Shown here in pieces: positions 55,586 to 64,000 of a stretch of 64,000 nucleotides of DNA (positions within the stretch are counted from its first letter, which is position 1; each line of letters starts with the position of its first letter). A model generated the notes under the pieces. That model ran no database searches, was not told where the DNA came from, and was given only the letters and a program-made list of their open reading frames with translations. Made by a program: the position numbers and the translations under genes. Location: the NCBI RefSeq assembly GCF_056712565.1, contig NZ_CM160072.1. One strand, written 5' to 3'.

Positions 55586-57241
55586 TCATGGATCCGGTGG
55601 TGCAAACCACGCTGATTTAAAATCGAACCAGCCGAGGGTGTTCATGCGCAGGCCGCGCATACTACGTTGCCCCTGAATGATCAGCCAGTGGTGGATAAGT
55701 GGCACCATTGCTTTGCTGGCGACCAGTTGTTGGCACCAGTTCGCCAGATTCATTTCGCCATTGCGCCAGCGGGCGGCGTCGGCTTGCCAGTCGATCGGAA
55801 TACAGTGTTGGAGCAGCGGCACCTCGCACAAGTGCGCGAACAGCGAAAAATCCAGCGGCAGCGTAAAGTTGGCGCTGTTAAGCCAGATATCGCTCTCGAT
55901 CTCTCCTTCATGCCACTGATCGTAGCTGATCTCTTTGATTTCCAGCGTGACCTGGTGACTTGCCAGAATCTGCTGCATGATCCCGGCAATCACCCGATGC
56001 TCGCTGTGATCCTGATAAAAGGTCAGGGTGAGGCTTTCCAGACCAGCCGGTTTTTCGCTCTTTATGGTGCGGGCATGGTGCCAACGGGGGAGCAGTCCAT
56101 AAGCCGGGAACCACAGTTGCTGGTACTGTTCCTCAGCGAAATAGACCAGATTCGTCGGAGAAAGCACATAGCTTACCCAGTCTCTGACTTGCTGATTCGC
56201 CCCTCGATGGGTGCGGCTGTCGAACAGTAAATAGTAGCAACCTTCCTCCAGGCGGCTTTCAATCTCTTTTTCCTCGCCCTGTGGACCTTTTAGCATCAGC
56301 CCTCCGGCTGGCTCGTCGGCAATTTCCGGCAGAACCCAGACGTTAACTTCGTCGATTAATGCCCGGTAACCGAAGAAGTCATCGAATGCCTGAATTTTCA
56401 GTTGATTGGTGCTGTTGCGGATCACCGCATACGGACCGGTGCCGATGGGATGGCTGGCAAAGTTACTGAGGGTTTCCCATTCGCGCGGCAGGATCATTGC
56501 CGGAACTTGCCCCAGCAGTAACGGCAACCAGCGGTCCGGTTGCGTGAGATGGATATCCAGCGTCCAGGGCGTCGGCGACACAATGTTAGCAATATGCGAA
56601 TAGAGCGGAAGCGTATTGATTCGTTTTAAAGAGGCGATCACATCGTCCATTTCCAGTTCACGACCATGGTGAAAATGGACTCCTGGACGCAAAAAGAAAC
56701 GCCAGTGAAGCGGTGATATTTGCTGCCAGTGGTGTGCGATGTCTGCTTCCAGTTCCCCATTTTCCTCATTTATGCGCGTTAGCGAACTGAAGATTTGCCG
56801 GGCGATATGGGTTTCAGAACGGCGCAATGCGCTGCCAGGTAGCAGATTACGCAACGGACGATAGTAGAGCACGCGCAGGATGTGCCGCCCCTGGCGGAAG
56901 CTGCGGCCCAGATGAGAAACCAGCATTTGCCGCACAGTCGCTTTGTCGCCAACCAACTGCACTAGTTGGTCGATACGATCCTGCTCCAGCAGGTCTTCCG
57001 CCCGCTGTTGCTGAAGCGCCAGCCCGGTATAGAGGAATGTCAGGCGTGAACGTTTACCGCGCCCGACTTCCGCTTCCCACGTCAGCCAGCCGCGATCCTG
57101 CATGGTGTTGAGCAGGGTGCGCATATGACGACGCGAGCAACTCAGTAACGCTGCCAGTTCGTTGAGCGTGGTCTCCTGAGATTTACCCTCGCAGCATTGC
57201 CACAGGCGGATGAACTGTTGTTGCAGACGAGCAGATGGCAT
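55586..57241 (-). CDS. sgrR: sugar-phosphate stress transcriptional regulator
   Basis: 551 aa from ATG 57241 ([15 protein letters not shown]...); N-terminal HTH domain plus solute-binding-protein-like domain; divergent from sgrS. Confidence 0.93.
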
Positions 57242-57308
57242 AAAAGGGGAACTCCTGCGCAAAAGACAGCAATTTTATTTTCCCTATATTAAGTCAATAA
57301 TTCCTAAC

Positions 57309-57536
57309 GATGAAGCAAGGAGGTGCCCCATGCGTCAGTTTTATCAGCACTATTTTACCGCGACAGCGAAGTTGTGCTGGTTGCGTTGGTTAAGCGTCCC
57401 ACAACGATTAACCATGCTTGAAGAGCTGATGCAGTGGGAGGGGAGTCATTCTGACTACTGATTTGCGGACATCATGTGTGACTGAGTATTGGTGTTAATC
57501 GCCACGCCAGCAGTGATTATCTGCTGGCTTTTTTCT
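57309..57536 (+). ncRNA. sgrS: small RNA SgrS (glucose-phosphate stress sRNA)
   Basis: 5' end gatgaagcaagg(a)ggtgcccc; embeds the sgrT ORF; conserved 3' base-pairing region agtattggtgt; terminator ccagcagtgattatctgctgg plus U-run. Confidence 0.85.
57330..57461 (+). CDS. sgrT: small protein SgrT (PTS glucose transporter inhibitor), divergent allele
   Basis: 43-aa ORF MRQFYQHYFTATAKLCWLRWLSVPQRLTMLEELMQWEGSHSDY within sgrS; roughly 60% identical to the K-12 SgrT I recall. Confidence 0.75.
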   Translation: MRQFYQHYFTATAKLCWLRWLSVPQRLTMLEELMQWEGSHSDY

Positions 57537-57568
57537 TTTTGGCGATTGAGTGCCGGACGGTGTACAAA

Positions 57569-59585
<2,017 letters not shown>

Positions 59586-59587
59586 GA

Positions 59588-62250
<2,663 letters not shown>

Positions 62251-62289
62251 GGTTTGGGTCCTTGTCTCTTTTTGAGCGCCTCGCTTCGG

Positions 62290-62325
62290 GCATAAAAAAA
62301 CCCGCGCAATGGCGCGGGTTTTTGT
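62290..62325 (-). terminator. leu operon attenuator terminator
   Basis: Minus strand aaacccgcgccattgcgcgggttttttatg: GC hairpin plus U-run between leuL and leuA. Confidence 0.8.
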
Positions 62326-62341
62326 TTGACTGCGTGCTGGC

Positions 62342-62428
62342 TTAATGCTGGATGCCGCTCACTCGTCTACCGCGCAAAAAAGATGCGTTTAGTAGTAGTA
62401 GACCGATAAAGCGAACGATGTGAGTCAT
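62342..62428 (-). CDS. leuL: leu operon leader peptide
   Basis: 28-aa [31 protein letters not shown] with four consecutive Leu codons, the classical attenuation control. Confidence 0.9.
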
Positions 62429-63085
62429 TAAATCAGCTCCAGATGAATGCGATATGCTTTTAGAGTTACTGGATACAAAAACGGATGTCAACCCTGAAGC
62501 AATAAAAACGTCACGCCATTGTGAGTTCGGCATCCGTAAAATTAGCTAATTGTGCTGCGGTGGTTAAAACAAGCGATATTAATTTCTGCTTAACCGCCGA
62601 TGCTTTTCATCGGTTGACATATTTCAGAATAATTTTTTGCATCTAATCAACGAGGGAAAGGGGGATAAAATGCACGCGTTACAAAACCTATCCTGATGAT
62701 TTGTATTGAATTATATGTTTTGCGAATTTTTTGATATTCATTTGCTGAATATTATTGATCAATTAATGTTAAGAATTAATGCATTAAACATATAAATTAA
62801 TTATTAAAAAACACATTTAATCCATTTTGTGGATGATTGAGTATTCGTGGTAGTTATGATTAGATTGTTTTCGCAACAAAAACATTATGGATTATTATGC
62901 TGTAGTAAATGACTCTTTGCTCGGCAGTGGATTCTGTTTTTATCAGAACCTGTATCTTTATGTTTTCCTAATTTTACTCATTTTGCTTTTTCTTATTTTA
63001 TATGCATGATAAATCATATTCTCGAGGATTATTTCTCTGCATTCCAATAAGGGAAAGGGAGTTAAGTGTGACAGTGGAGTTAAGT

Positions 63086-64000
63086 ATGCCAGAGGTACAA
63101 ACAGATCATCCAGAGACGGCGGAGTTAAGCAAGCCACAGCTACGCATGGTCGATCTCAACTTATTAACCGTTTTCGATGCCGTGATGCAGGAGCAAAACA
63201 TCACCCGTGCCGCTCATGCTCTGGGAATGTCGCAACCTGCGGTCAGTAACGCTGTTGCACGCCTGAAGGTGATGTTTAATGACGAGCTTTTTGTTCGTTA
63301 TGGCCGTGGTATTCAACCGACTGCTCGCGCATTTCAACTTTTTGGCTCAGTTCGTCAGGCATTGCAACTAGTACAAAATGAATTGCCTGGTTCAGGTTTT
63401 GAACCCGCGAGCAGTGAACGTGTATTTCATCTTTGTGTTTGCAGCCCGTTAGACAGCATTCTGACCTCGCAGATTTATAATCACATTGAGCAGATTGCGC
63501 CAAATATACATGTTATGTTCAAGTCTTCATTAAATCAGAACACTGAACATCAGCTGCGTTATCAGGAAACGGAGTTTGTGATTAGTTATGAAGACTTCCA
63601 TCGCCCTGAATTTACCAGTGTGCCATTATTTAAAGATGAAATGGTGTTGGTAGCCAGCAAAAATCATCCAACAATTAAAGGCCCGTTACTGAAGCATGAT
63701 GTTTATAACGAACAACACGCTGCGGTTTCGCTCGATCGTTTCGCATCATTTAGTCAAACCTGGTATGACACGGTAGATAAGCAAGCCAGTATCGCGTATC
63801 AGGGCATGGCAATGATGAGCGTACTTAGCGTGGTGTCGCAAACGCATCTGGTCGCTATTGCGCCGCGTTGGTTGGCTGAAGAGTTCGCTGAATCCTTAGA
63901 GTTACAGGTATTACCGCTGCCGTTAAAACAAAACAGCAGAACCTGTTATCTCTCCTGGCATGAAGCTGCCGGGCGCGATAAAGGCCATCAGTGGATGGAA
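63086..64000 (+). CDS. leuO: LysR-family transcriptional regulator LeuO (partial; runs off the window end)
   Basis: ATG 63086 begins [61 protein letters not shown]... (LysR HTH); preceded by a very AT-rich H-NS-type upstream region 62540-63060. Confidence 0.93.
   Translation, partial: MPEVQTDHPETAELSKPQLRMVDLNLLTVFDAVMQEQNITRAAHALGMSQPAVSNAVARLKVMFNDELFVRYGRGIQPTARAFQLFGSVRQALQLVQNELPGSGFEPASSERVFHLCVCSPLDSILTSQIYNHIEQIAPNIHVMFKSSLNQNTEHQLRYQETEFVISYEDFHRPEFTSVPLFKDEMVLVASKNHPTIKGPLLKHDVYNEQHAAVSLDRFASFSQTWYDTVDKQASIAYQGMAMMSVLSVVSQTHLVAIAPRWLAEEFAESLELQVLPLPLKQNSRTCYLSWHEAAGRDKGHQWME

Overview
This window is an Escherichia coli-type chromosomal segment, syntenic with the K-12 ribF-ileS-lspA-fkpB-ispH / rihC / dapB / carAB / caiF / caiTABCDE / fixABCX / yaaU / kefFC / folA / apaH-apaG-rsmA-pdxA-surA-lptD / djlA / rluA / rapA / polB / araDAB / araC / yabI / thiBPQ / sgrR-sgrS / leuDCBA-leuL / leuO region. 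All K-12 comparisons are from memory; no database search was possible. About 46 housekeeping genes are intact with their expected lengths, and the intergenic regions carry REP/BIME repeats and known regulatory elements (carAB ARG boxes, cai-fix repeats, polB LexA box, araBAD/araC control region, thiB TPP riboswitch, leu attenuator). Six departures from the K-12 arrangement stand out. (1) The best candidate for an undescribed system is a ~1.8 kb low-GC islet that replaces the 3' end of araC and carries a two-gene operon (282-aa soluble protein plus 140-aa membrane-anchored protein) with no family I can assign. (2) A ccdAB (ccdO157-type) toxin-antitoxin cassette lies between folA and apaH, with ccdB broken by a +1 frameshift. 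(3) An IS200-like element (Y1 transposase TnpA) is inserted between the carB terminator and caiF. (4) An extra DUF805-type membrane protein gene sits between rihC and dapB. (5) setA is absent between sgrS/sgrT and leuD. (6) lptD shows an apparent 2-nt frameshift in its signal-peptide codons, which for an essential gene most likely indicates a sequence error. No rRNA, tRNA or CRISPR arrays were seen.
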